Assembly: GCF_009914755.1 (NCBI RefSeq)
Contig: NC_060930.1
Source of the DNA: the human T2T-CHM13v2.0 reference genome, Homo sapiens
DNA: 64,000 bases
Reading direction: 5' to 3' (one strand)
Part shown: piece by piece, positions 14,606 to 27,174 of the stretch
Layout of the letters: every line of letters begins with the position of its first letter
Position numbering within the stretch: position 1 is the stretch's first letter
Position numbers and translations under genes: made by a program
Notes under the pieces: generated by a model
What the model was told of the DNA's origin: nothing
What the model saw: only the letters and a program-made list of their open reading frames with translations
Database searches by the model: none

Positions 14606-14950
14606 TACATTTTCTTCATTCAATATTTAACAAATATTTGAGTACCTGCTATGTGCCAGGCATGAAGGGTGGGAGGGGTTGCAATTTTAAAGGTGTTCAG
14701 CGTGATACAAGACCATGTCAGAGCAGCAATGGTTGACAGACTGCAGAGGGCTGTATAAGCCACCAGGAGGAGTCTGGCTTTTATTCCAAGTGAAATGGGA
14801 AGCCATTGGAAGGCTTAGAGCAGAGAAGAGACTTGGTCTTCTTAGTCATCAACAGAATCACTCAGGTGCTGTGCAGACAAAAGTCTTTAAGGAAAAGAGG
14901 GCCAAAGCAAGGATTATGGCTAAAAAGCCATGGCAGTCATGCAAGTGGCA
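14606..14950 (-). mobile_element. L2 fragments
   Basis: TTCATTCAATATTTAACAAATATTTGAGTACCTGCTATGTGCCAGGCA; GGGAAGCCATTGGAAGG. Confidence 0.7.
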
Positions 14951-15114
14951 TGTGTCTGCTTCTCCTCTGGGTTGTAAACTTCTAGAGGGCAGGAATCATG
15001 CTTTGCTTCTCTTAATATCCTACAGTGGATATGGATCAAAATTAATTGAACATCCTAGGATTGAGGGGCACCTATCAGTCATTAGAGGCAGGCAAGATCC
15101 TATAATCTTATGGA

Positions 15115-15325
15115 AAAAATAAAGACTTTGGAGTAAGATAGAACATGGGTCAAGTCTGCACTGCTTCTGAGCAAGTTATTTAACTTTTCTGAGATTCACC
15201 TGCCTCATTTTTAAAATTATGGGTGATGTATCTAATTCATAGAGCTATCGAAAGATTAATGAAATAGTGTTAGGATAGCACTTGGTAATAGTATCCAGTA
15301 CATGGGAGTATCTAGTTAACTTCTC
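15115..15325 (+). mobile_element. MIR
   Basis: GACTTTGGAGT...GCAAGTTATTTAACTTTTCTGAG core. Confidence 0.7.
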
Positions 15326-16124
15326 TAGTTATGTTTCCTCATCTATAAAATAGAAAGCTTTGAGAAAATGGCCTGTGAGGTCCCTTTTATGAGTCCTTAA
15401 GTCTATGAGCATTCGATCTGTCCATCTGTCAACAGACATAATGACTTCTGTGCTTAAAGACTAAAACTACAAAGTGAATAAAACATATTTTTTGACTCTC
15501 AAAGAAATGATGGTCCAGTGGAAAGAGAAAAATAGTAAATTCTGGAATAGCAGTAGATAAAAGGTGGTAAATGTATAAAGATAGTAGTCCACCTGTGTGT
15601 CAATTGCCCCATTTTATGGATAAGCAAGAAGCAAGCCCGTGACAAGCTAGATAGTGGAAGAGCAATAGTAGGGTCTTCTCATTTCTGGCTTTGAGGGGCC
15701 CTGAGACCTAATCAGACTCAATAACTCACACATGCCCTTGAAATTCACAGCACTATGCCATACCTGGTCACACCTGCAGGGGTAACCAGGTTTGTAGAAG
15801 CCAATTATTGACCAAAAAGATTTGTACCACTTCATACAGATGGACGTGCCAGGAACAGCACTATCTGTCAAAATACATTTACATGAAAGGAGAAAAGGTC
15901 ATTATGGGAAAGATTAATGTTGATTTTCCTGGCTTCACTTGGGTTTAAAATCAGAAGCTTAACTCTTCATTACCACAGGTGATTAAGCTGATCACACCAT
16001 TATAACTAGTAATCGTTCAGATTGTTTGATTAGACTAATTCACTGTCGTTATTCAGACACTCATTTCTTGGCAATGTTCTTCCATCTACACAGCACAAAA
16101 GAAAAAGGGGAGTTTGTGTTTATA

Positions 16125-16453
16125 CATTCATAATCCCTTATCAGAAATTCTGTGTCAGATGGTTTCAAAATTCAGAAATTTTGGTATTTCAGAAAGGTGA
16201 TTTGGTATAAATCCCTTTCAGTATTGTAACACTCCTAGCAGGGTCTGGACAGCACCCTATAATCAAACGGCACAACATATCAAATGTCCTATTAAGCAGG
16301 ATAAGTAAAGATTATACAAGGGCCTTATGTGCACTTGGGTCCGTTTGCCTGCCAAAGAAGTCCAAGTCAGCTCAGGTTTTGCCACTAAATTAGAAACAAA
16401 AAACTTTAGACTTTTTGGATCCCAAAATTGTAGATAAGCAATTGTGGGCTGTG
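16125..16453. mobile_element. MER46C-like (TcMar-Tigger) remnant
   Basis: ATCCCTTATC...TTTCAAAATTCAGAAATTTT...TCAGGTTTTGCCAC...GATAAGCAATTGTGG. Confidence 0.55.
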
Positions 16454-16620
16454 TTAATTTATGGAGAGAACAACTAGCTGATTCTTACCTAAAACCTCTA
16501 TTGACATACCTAGGTTATATACACTGACCGATAATCAGAATTATGATCAGAACTCTTTCACTGAATGCTGTATCCACTTGCAGAGAAGGAAGGAAGGGCA
16601 GGTATCTATGGCACTGCTTC

Positions 16621-16790
16621 CTTTATTTGTAAAGTTTTATTGGAACACAGCCATAACCTTTGGTTTACCTATTGTCTTTATGCTACAACAGCAAAGCTAA
16701 GTAGTTGCAACAGTAACCACATGGCCCAGAAAGCCTAAAATATATACTATATGGCCATTTACTGAGAAAGTTTCCTAACTTCTGACCTAG
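16621..16790 (+). mobile_element. MER58 partial
   Basis: AAAGTTTTATTGGAACACAGCCA...GGCCCAGAAAGCCTAAAATATATACTATATGGCCATTTAC. Confidence 0.8.
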
Positions 16791-18350
16791 AAGTAGCTTC
16801 CTAATCCTGATCTCAGTGCTATGGTCAGTCACTACTAATAGATCAGAGGTGACATTCAAGATGAAACCTATTTCCATGCCTGGAATAGTGGGTCAAAACT
16901 AGCCTCCATTAGGCTATAACATGCAATTGCCCTGCTTAAAAGAAATACAATGATTCATCTGTTTTACAATTCATTGATAAATTCATTGAAAATAATAACT
17001 ACCTTGTGTAAACTTCTACAGCATCATATGAACAAATATCTCAAGTCTCCATAGCCACAAGTATAATTCTTTTCATTTTTAAAAAAAAGATGAGAAATAT
17101 AGGATAAGAAAGGTTGGAAGTTTTTCAGAACCACCAAAAAAGCTTTGGATGTTTTTTTCAGAACCAACTGGCACAAGGTCTATTTCATTTTGTGTTTAAA
17201 AATAAGAAAAATGATAATTCTGATTTTTCTCTGACGGCATATATTAGTATAGTACCTTATTACCCTGAGGTGGGTGCCCAAGCTGAGGAGTGGAGGAAAT
17301 ATTCCCAGCATTAGAGTCATCTCAAAGCGAGGTATGAATTACCTTGACAAAATATAGCTCCACCTCAGTGGTTAATAGCTGGCCTATTCAAGTTTGTGTC
17401 AACATGAAAGAGCTTTTTATCTTCTTTCTGTTTTTATTCAACGTAACACCATAGTGGGAACCTGTAGGGTTGATTACAACCTAATGAATGAATGGATGTT
17501 CTTCACATAACCTAGAGCCGTTTCCACACATAATTCTTTCCCCAAGGCCACCCTGCTGACTGGCCATGCACCAACCAACACAAATGCCAATTCTTGGAGA
17601 CGGACGATGCCCTCGCTCAATGACTATGCAGGTAGCGTTTCCACTCTGTCCAGAGCACTGTGCTAGGCACCGTAGAGAACTTTTGGAAGCATAACCCTTT
17701 CTTACCGAACTAAATAATCTTATAATTTAATTGGGAAAGCAAGGCACACACACATGAAATTAAACAATGAAAAGAACTAAATAATTTTAGGCAGTTTGTG
17801 ATCATTTGCCAAACATCAGCCCAATTTTCCAAATACTTCAGCATAAATCACATTGTAGCAAGAGTTCAAAACTGTCTGGAAAATCCTTCTCATCTAACAT
17901 CATTAATGCATGTTTCAAACAGTGATATTTCTATTTATTTTGACAACTATTCCCAGTGTTGGGATGTGGCACGCACGTATGAAAAGATGAGTAGACAGCC
18001 ATTTGACAACCTAATTTTATAATATGGATTGTGAAAATATTTATGAGAGGTTTTTATCCTATTTAGTATTTCTTACAGAGAATCTGGGAATCCCCAAATA
18101 TTATAGGTTGAGGCAGTTTAAAAGTAGGAAATGCTACACTTTTGTCTACACAGGTGGACGTGAAGGATGAAAGAGTAAAGTGACTTCCCCATAAATCACA
18201 TTGACAGTAGGAAACTAGTCTGAATGGAGTTCTAACTTGAAGCTGGTGGAAGGGAAGGATGGGCTACAATGACATGGATCATATAAAATTGCAATTATCT
18301 TCCTACTAGGGAAAGGCCTTAGGTGTATCCAGGAGATCTGTAGGAAAAAA

Positions 18351-18386
<36 letters not shown>

Positions 18387-19371
18387 AGAAGGAATCAGCT
18401 GGGCAGCTGAAGAATCCAGTCCAAGATTCAAGGTAACCACTAAAAGACTGACTGGTTTGTCGGGTGGTAGGACATTTAACACTGCTTTTGGAAGCAAAGT
18501 AGCTGCAAACAATTCCAGTGCAAAGGAGGATAGAATAATATTACGCAAGCTAGAAAGCAGAGTCTGGATTTATGGATCCCTTTTCTGTGGGCAGAACTAA
18601 AGAAAGGATTTTCCTATCACGATGAGAAAAGAGCCATTTCCCAACAAGTGTCAGTGTTTAGGGGGACCAGCCATCCCAGCTTTCCCAGCACTCTCAGTTT
18701 GGCACTGAAATTCCCACATCCTGGGAAATCCATCAGTCCCAAGATATTGGTAGCCCTAGCAGTAGTGCCATGGCGCAAACTCTGTGAGGACATTCACCAG
18801 GTTCAGAATTGGACAGACAGACCAGCTACTTCCTAAGAATTCTGACGTTTGGCACACACAGAAAAGTCACCCCTATTCTATCTATTAAAATGGCTCACAC
18901 CTCCAATTAAGTTGTTCAAATTTCCAACTAAAAAGCTATCACTGCACAGCAAGTCCACATCTGGGGACTGTCAGAGCAGTCAGCCAAATCACACAGGAAA
19001 AACACTCTCTTTTGGAATAATCTTTGCATGAGTCAATCTGGGATTTGTTTTTTTTTTTTTTAACCAATTTAACATGGAAGAAGAAGATATCTTTGTTTCT
19101 CATTCTCCTCTTTCTTGCTTAAATGGTACCTTTGTCAAAATGTCTGTGATTATACAGTGACAAGCACAATGCAAGTCCTTATAGGTACTTTTTCCTTAAA
19201 GTTACTCAGTAGCTTAGAAACTTTATTTTTAGCAAAGTGCTTTTAATAAGAGGATTTTGAAAGGAAAGTATCAAATGCACAGGTGAGAACAATTCAGTTC
19301 TGTGCTGTGCAGGGCTGGCCTTTTTCCACAGCAACTCCTTCCTGAGGCCATCCCTGTCTCTAACAGTTCAT

Positions 19372-19946
19372 TGTTGGGGTGATCGGACCCAACACCAGGT
19401 CCTGAGGGTGACAAAGTCTGGCAGAGTCAAAGGAATGAGAAAAAGACAGTTTGAGAGAGAAAAGTGGGTCCAGGGGGCCATCGCTAGTGTATGGAGGCTG
19501 CGAAGGCCCCGAGCTCTGGGAGCCCAGACTATTTATTGGTGATCAAACAAACAAACCGGTGTTGAGAATGTGGGGGTGGAAAGGGCAAGCACATGATCTA
19601 CAGCTGTGGCAGTTTAGCATGTGCTCTGCTACTTGAGATAATGGAGAGCAGGTTCTTTTAACTCAAGATACAATCAATCCTGGGAGAGCAAGGAGCCAGC
19701 AAGTCTAGACACATTCCAGAGCCACAGGCCCTGGATTCCATCCAAGCCACGAGGGGTTTTATGCCCTGGGCTTAGATTATGTTGCATCAGGGTAGCCTTC
19801 CACCCTTTAGCACAGAGCTTCACGTTCCAAAGGCCACAAGGGGTTTTAGACCCTGTACCCTGGTCATGTTCCAAGACTCTTTTACATTATGTCAGACATG
19901 TAAGCCCTGCCTCAACTTCTCCCAACACTCAGCTTTTCTCCCAACA
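19372..19946 (-). mobile_element. Solo LTR14-family (HERV-K group) LTR
   Basis: Minus strand starts TGTTGGGAGAAAAGCTGAGTGTTGGGAGAAG and ends ACCCCAACA; 575 bp; TSD TTCAT (19367-19371, 19947-19951); AATAAA on minus strand. Confidence 0.8.
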
Positions 19947-20651
19947 TTCATGGCAAAGAAGCCCAATCCAACACAGATGCCGGCCTAAACCCAACATCAC
20001 CACAGAGGAAACTCAAATGTCCTAAAAACAAGACCCTGCACCAAAACCAAATAGAAATGGGCAAATGGCATTGGGCTGACATACTCCTTGTAGTTGGCCA
20101 ATACGGGTTGGTCTAGGGAAAAGTACTGGCCCATTTTTGTAGTCAGGAGAGTCATTGACATGCTTCAGTTTAGGCCTTTGTAAAGCAAGATTGTGGAACT
20201 AGAATGACCTCTAACTTCTTTGTAGCCATGAAGACAGTGGATAACATAATTTACAACTTTGCATTGACTCATATGATCAAGATATGGCTTACGTAATCTT
20301 GCAGGAAATGTTGGAGGGCCTTCTCTCTGCTAGATGGCATCTAGGTCCTGTGCTAATCTTGTTTACTTTGGTAAATAAACATGACCCTCTGCCCATAGAG
20401 TTCACAGTCTCACGGGAAAGGGACAAGAAGCAAGAAAACAAATGAGGTATAGGTAAGAATTGGGACAAGTATGAATTGAAATGATTACATGAAGCACATG
20501 GAAGAGGAATAACAGGGCAGATAAGGGGGCCCCCATCTGATGGTTCCTACTTTTTGAGTGAGGTATGGGGTAAAGTCACCAGCTAGGTGTACCCTGGGGA
20601 GAAAAGGACAGAGAGATTTGAGAAGAAAGAGTAAGTATGAAGTAGCCATGT

Positions 20652-21384
20652 TGAGACAGGGGAGTTTCCTGGAACCCTTCGAGGGACTTGCAGCAGGCGT
20701 ATGGCTTGCTTACTTGGCCACCGCACTCAAACCTGTTGCGGGAGGAAAAGCATGCAGACAAGCAGGTGCTGGGGCCAGGATAAGTGCTTTTGGGCTCCAG
20801 CCCCATGGCAGCATCTAGGGGTATGTTACAATTAATGCTCTTTTAGCAGTTGTCATCCACAAACAGCTAAGTGTTAACCAGCTCAGTGGAGAGTCAGGGT
20901 GACAGCCTTTTACACCCTGACCTCTTGGTACCCAAGTCCTTGTCTGGCATCCAGGAAGAATCAGGTCACACAGATGTGAAGGATGTTGAATGTGGAGGTT
21001 TTATTGAGAGATGGAGGTGGCTCTTGGTGGGATGGGGAGCTGGAAAGGGGATGGAGTGGGAAGATAATCCCAGGAATGGGAAGATAATTCCCCAGGAGAT
21101 TGGCCAGGGATGGTCCTGAGCTCCTCTTGACGTTCAGATGCTTCCTCCCTTCTCTTTTTCTCCACTGTGCCGCTCTGCTCCCCTGCCAGTGGAATTTGGG
21201 GGTTTTATGGGTACAGGATGCAGGGCGTGGTGGGCCACAGTGGTTTTGGAAAAAGCAACATCCAGGAGGGAAAACAGGGATATGAAGTGCTCATTTAGGG
21301 CCATGGGCCCAGGCTTGTGGGTGGGGCTTTTGCCAGGGAACCACCCTCTTGTACTCAGTATTGCCCTGCCTCCTGTCTGTTTCA
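20652..21384 (-). mobile_element. Solo ERV1 LTR of the LTR1/LTR27/LTR28 group (LTR27-like)
   Basis: Minus strand starts TGAAACAGACAGGAGGCAGGGCAATACTGAGTACAAGAGGGTGGTTCCCTGGCAAAAGCCCCACC and ends CCTGTCTCA; 4-bp flanks ATGT/ATCT. Confidence 0.8.
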
Positions 21385-21567
21385 ATCTCAGACGGGGAAA
21401 GGGAGTTTACAGAGAAGTGTGGTAAGAAGGCCAGGAAGGACTGGGAACACTTCTGAGGTCTGAGAGCAAGAATTTAAAAGGAACCCTGTCTGCTGAGTTG
21501 TGGTTTCCTCCAACAGCTCAGCAGCTCAGATACAGGCCAGACAATGTGGGCAGCTGAACTCATCGCA

Positions 21568-21730
21568 CAGTGGGTCTCAGACGGACTGGACGTTAGAATA
21601 ATGTGAGCACTTTTTTTAAAAATTCTGATGCCTGGCTCCTCCCCCCGAGACTCTGCTCGGGTGATCTTTGGTGGGGCACAGTCATGGGTAATTTTTAAAG
21701 CTCTCTGGTGGTGTTAATGTGCTTTGGGTT
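21568..21730. mobile_element. MER5A (hAT-Charlie)
   Basis: CAGTGGGTCTCA...TTAGAATAA...CTGATGCCTGG...TTTTTAAAGCTCTCTGGTG. Confidence 0.65.
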
Positions 21731-22439
21731 ATAAGTTTTGAAAAAAGGGTAGGATAGCCAAAAAGAAGCAGGTGTCAACATCATCCTGATTGAGCAAAGA
21801 GCCTAAGCTGGACAGAAAATGCAGGGATGCTGGGAGGACATTAATGAGCCATGAGAAATTAGGGGGCTCAATAGATCACAATGAGGTCAATGAATTACTA
21901 TAATGGGGCTTCCTGGAGCAGTTAAGCAGGAAAGATAAAAACATTAGATAGGAGCATGGGCATTCGCATTTGAGATACTTATGGGATTTCTAAAAGTTGT
22001 TATGGTACAGAAATCTAAGATGTGGTCCTGGGAATGGGTGGTTGACCAACCAAGGAAAGAGACTAACCCTTGAAATGAGAAGGCCAGGGAGCTGTGCAGC
22101 CAGGATGTGGCAAACACCACCAACCTGGGTCTCGCGTTGCCAAGCACTGAGGTGGAACAGAAGACTTTGAACTAGAAATTAGGTCTCCAGTGAATGACAG
22201 GGTGTGGTGAGGACACAACCATGTCCTGGAGTCAGCAGAGTTAGCGGGGTTTCTAGGAAATCAGGCAGGAAGTGAGGGCCTCCAGGGGGCCAGGGGCCTG
22301 AACCAGATAGATAAGAGGCCTCAGATGAATGGGCTGAGGTTGGAAATCTAATCCAAGAAAGCAGGTAAGATTTACACCTCCAACTGGGTGTCTTTGTTGC
22401 ATTCCAGACTCACCAATCCAGAGGCATATTCAATATATG

Positions 22440-23360
22440 TACCAGATGTCTAAAGCCATCTCAGCTAAGCATGTGAAAAACTGAGCTTCAGATATCGTGC
22501 ACCTCCCAATGCCCCTGAGCTGGCCCCTGCAAGAGCCTTCCCAGCTCACTTGGTGGCACTTTTATCCTTCCTGCCACTCAGGCCAACTCCCCTGGAGTCA
22601 CCTTGACTCTTCTCTTTCTCTCATTTCCTACATCTACTTTTCCATCTCTACTGCAAGCCAGCATTGCCTTTCTCTGAGAGTATTGCAGTTGACTCTGAAC
22701 CAGTCTCCCCACTTCCACCCTTAACCTCCTACAGTCTATTATCAACCCAGCAGTGAGAGTAGTGCTTTAAAAGCTAAATCAGCTTGCTCCTCTCCACAAA
22801 CCCTCCAGTGACTTTCCATCTCATTCAGAGGAAAATGCAGAGTCTATTCTGTTCTTCCGGGCCCTATGCAATATGGCACCTGCAATTTTTTTTACTCACC
22901 TCCACTCCTCTCACTCTGCTCCCCCAGCTCCAGCCACCCAGTCTCCATTCCTAAGCTAACACACCAGGCCTGCTTCCTTCCTAGGACATTTGCACTTGCT
23001 GTTTTCTCTTCCTGAAATACTCTTTCCCTAGAGAGGCACCTGGATGGCTTTAAGTCACCTTTTCAATGAGGCCTTCCCAGACCACCCAGTTAAAATTGCA
23101 ACCCATGTTCCCGACACCCCTTATCCCATTTCCTGTTGTACTTTTCTCATAACTCTTATTGTCAACTCATTGATATTAACATTACATAATGCATATAATA
23201 TCTTATACTTATTATGTTTGTAGTCTGTATTCCCATTCTGGAAGTAAACTGCATGAGGACAGGGAATTTGTTTTTGTTCACTGCAATATCTCCTGTGCAG
23301 AGCCAGACACGTAGGAGATATGTAATACCTATTTGTTAAACAGATGAACAAATAAATCAA
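22440..23360 (+). mobile_element. L2a 3' portion
   Basis: CTGGAGTCACCTTGACTC, CCCTCCAGTGACTTTCC, TTTGCACTTGCTGTT, 3' end ATTTGTTAAACAGATGAACAAAT. Confidence 0.85.
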
Positions 23361-24968
23361 CGACTGTGACCAGAGATTATTCAGTGTCTAGGGTTCACCC
23401 AGACATGGGGATTTGAATTTTTATTGGGGATAACAAGACTTAGGTCAAAGAGCAAGACACAGAACCAAAATCATGATAAAAATTTTAAGTCCTTGACTTA
23501 AAAAAGTATGACTTCATTTTCATCCCCAGAAGTTAAGGGAATGAGGAATCTTAATGTGCACTTTCTGCCTCCATCTGTGAGGCTCATGAGTGACTGAAAA
23601 TGCAAGTGGGAGGTAAAAGAAATAAGGCAGGAACTAACCAAATTCTACTCTAAGAAAAATACTTGAAATTTGCAAGCATAATGGTGTGCCGGATGCTTCT
23701 GTTGAGAGAGAGGTGGTCACGTGCATAGTGCAGTTTGCTGGATAAAATGTGGTCTCAAAACATGAGTCAGAGGCCCCTAGAAAGTCTGGAATTTCTAATA
23801 ATTAAGTTTCCTCAGTGCAATAGAAAAACATGATCTCATCTTGCCCTATACGCAGCTATGTTTTCCAGGGTAACAAAGCTCAAAATTTCTTTTAAAAGGA
23901 TTTTACTGGATAAAATAAAAGAAAACTAATGTTCATCCACATTTCCCTGCCTAATGCCATCATTATTGCTTGGTTATAATCCTTGAACCGTTTCCTCCAT
24001 TTATGATTTGTTGCCATTACTTGAGCTTCCAAAAACACTTAAAAAGTCAAAGACAATCCAAAAACCAACCACCCTACATGATTAAGATTTTTATTACAAC
24101 TAAAACGATGTGGATGATACCAGTTCATCCCTTGGGATTTCATGTCCTGATGAGAAAATCCATACTTCGAATTGGTTCTTGATCTATGGCCTATAGGAAA
24201 CCAGCCAAAGTTTAAATACATCAAAGATGCCTCAATATAGCCAAGGCTCAAATGCAGAAATGAAGTATTAGACTGGCCCTTCTGGAGAGGGTAATTCTGG
24301 GAAAGGAGAGAGTGGGAGTTCTGGGCTTAGGGGTGGGTGTGTGTGTGTTTAGTGCAAAGTTCAATTGGATTCGTTTTCACCAAGAATACAGTGGTTTTCT
24401 GACAAATAGTATCAATTCTAAAAGATCTAAAAATTTAAATAAGGTATAGAGTATATATGTGTGTTTTATATGTTATTATATATAAAAATATTTGTATTAC
24501 ACACATATGATTCAGGAAGCATATATATAAGACTTAAGAAGCTAATCCCCCTGGAAGCAGTGAATTATAACTATAGAGAGACAGAGGATGGGGTGGGTAG
24601 TGATTAAGTAGGTTATAACTAAACCATTGTAGGAACTTGCGGGGGTCCTGAAATTTGAGAAAAATCTAAAGGAAGTAAAAAAGAGCTGGGTTATTTCCTT
24701 CAAGGAACGAGTAAATCTGCAGGGCCTCTGAATCAAGGGAGGACCCCTAGGTCTCCACAGGCAAGTCCTAGGATCATAAGGCAAGTCAGATAACCCAGGG
24801 GCTGTGAGGTGAGTGGTACAGATGGAAATGAGCATGAAGCTGGGCCCCCTCCAGGGAAAGATATCATTTTTCCAAAATTGGGTTTGGAAGTAAATGAACT
24901 GGTAATAGTGCATTCATTCATTTATTCACTCATCATACATTTACTGTGCATTCACAGGAGACTATTAA

Positions 24969-25330
24969 TATGGTAGTCCCTAATGAAGCATTCCTCCCAC
25001 TTTTATGGAGTCCTCCCATATTGATTCTGGCCTTGCCCATGGAACTAGCTTCAGCCAATAGGACATGGGCAATTATGACAAGCATAGGGTTGATTAAGCT
25101 TTTCGTCTTAGAGTTTTCTCTCTTGAGAGTCTTGAAGTGTCAGGTAAGAAGTCTGCTTACACTGGTGGAGAGATTGCGTGGAGAAGGAGAGCCCCTGAGA
25201 GTACATGGAAAGAACTGAGGAACCAATTGACAGAGAGAATCAAGACTCCAGACCTATGACCACAATCAACCTTACTAGCTGAGGCTTCACCATGTGAGTG
25301 AAGAAGACATCTTGGACATTCCAGCCTCTG
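24969..25330 (+). mobile_element. MLT1H-like LTR
   Basis: CTGGCCTTGCCCATG...GCCAATAGGACA...CATGTGAGTGAAG...CTTGGACATTCCAGCC. Confidence 0.65.
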
Positions 25331-25408
25331 CAAACAAAAAGAGCAAAGACAACATTTGAGGAATCTTGGAAGGGTGAGAGTGACATAAATGGTAACCAGA
25401 GGACAGAC

Positions 25409-25960
25409 TATAGTAGGTGGTCTCCAAAGATGGCCCCCAAATTCCTCCCCTCTCTGTACTTATATGCCATTCCTCCCATCAGGAGATAGAGTTTATTTTT
25501 CCTCCCCTTGAATGTAGCATAGCTCTGTGATTGCTTTAACTAATAGAAAGAGGCAGGCATGACATTCTGGAGCTTCCAAGCCCAGGTCTAAAGGAACTTG
25601 CAGCTCCTCCTTCCTTCTTGTAAGAAAGATTCCTCTTGGGGCACTCCCTTTCAGAACCCAGTTTCCACACCCTCAGCAGCTCAAGCTACATAAAGAGGGC
25701 ACATAGAAAAAAATTGTAGGAATAGAGCCAAAAGCCACAGCTCAGTTCCCAGCTGACAGTCATCGTCAACTACCAGACAAATACGTGAGTCATCTCAGAA
25801 TTTCCAGCCCAAACAGCCCCCAGATGACTGCAGCTGCAGCCAACATCAGGAGATGTAGAAGCATTGCCCAGCTGAGCTCAGTCAACCCAGGGAATTGTGG
25901 TGGATAATGAATTGGTGTTTCTTTAAGCAACTAGATTTGGGGGTGGTTTGTTACACAGCT
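25409..25960 (+). mobile_element. MLT1F/G-like LTR
   Basis: CTCCAAAGATGGCCCCCAA...CCAGCTGAGCTCAGTCAACCCAG...TTTGGGGGTGGTTTGTTACACAGC. Confidence 0.78.
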
Positions 25961-26890
25961 TTGTGTTTCCAGATTCCTGACAGATATTAATCTTTGGGAC
26001 TCAGTCATGAAAATTTGAGATCCCCAAGAACTCTTGCAAATTCCTGAAATCTGTTATTTTTTAAAACACTTCCAATGTTCTTTATAATCTTTACTCATGA
26101 TTATGGATAGCTTAACAATATTTTAATAAATAAGATAGATTAAATTTAGTAGTATTTTCAAGATACCTATAGAGAATATTCTAACACTAGAAAATGCCAG
26201 CAAACATTAGTGGGTACTATTCAAATAATGTAACATTCAAATCTCCTAGCAAGCACTAACAGAATCATGTGTCTAAATCGCCAAATAAAGGGCTTGTTTT
26301 GCTTCCAAAACATGTTATTTCTTACAGCACCACTCATAGGATTTGTATAAACTATACTATAAATAAAACCATGCTCAAACTTATTTTATTTTCAATAAGG
26401 ATTCACCATTAGAGACAGGACCACAAACACACTCATAACATGGCAACGACTCCTGCAGGGATGAATGATAAGATTGTGAGCAATTCTTTCCAATCTGTCC
26501 CTTCCCAGCTTCCAGGAAGGTTGACCTTAACATTCAATTCTGTGTATCAGTGGTTTCTGCTCTTGCTTTCTACTGGACATCAGTGGATTTCCTATCATCG
26601 GTAACAGTATTAAATGTTAATTTTCACAAAACTATTGTTTTTCTCAATTTTGTGACTGATTTTCCCTGGGGTTCATGATTTGGAAAAACACAGAAATTTC
26701 CCAAGAAATGCCAAGGAGGAGTTCCCACATGGAAATGCTAGCAGTAATGAATAATAGCATTGACCATCAGCCTGAGTTTTTAGGTACTCTGCTAACAAAA
26801 GGTAACAAAACAAACACGGTTCCTTCAGTCACAGAGCTTACAGCCCAGCAAGTGAAAAAGATACTAAAAAAATGAGCAGAGATGTAACTA

Positions 26891-27174
26891 CAGTCACATG
26901 TCACTTAACAGCAGGGATACATCCTAAGAAATGCATTCAGGTGGTTTCATCATTATGCAAACATCATAGAGTATACTTGCATAAATCCAGATGGGGTAGC
27001 CTATTGCTCCTGGGCAGCATGTTACTGTATGAAATATTGTAAGCATCTGCAACACCATGGCATTTGTGTATCTAAGCATAGAAAAGGTACAGTAAAAATA
27101 CAATATTATAACCTCATGAGGACCACCATAGGCAGTGTGTCATTGACTGTAACATCATATGAAGCACACGACTG
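26891..27174 (+). mobile_element. Tigger3a/MER47-type MITE (TcMar-Tigger)
   Basis: Termini CAGTCACATG... / ...CACACGACTG with TA flanks; internal CATAGAAAAGGTACAGTAAAAATAC. Confidence 0.85.

Noticed and set aside
18345-18385. AATAAA followed by a long A run (possible processed pseudogene tail)
   Set aside because: No upstream mRNA-like body or TSD recognised; treated as a simple poly(A) tract.
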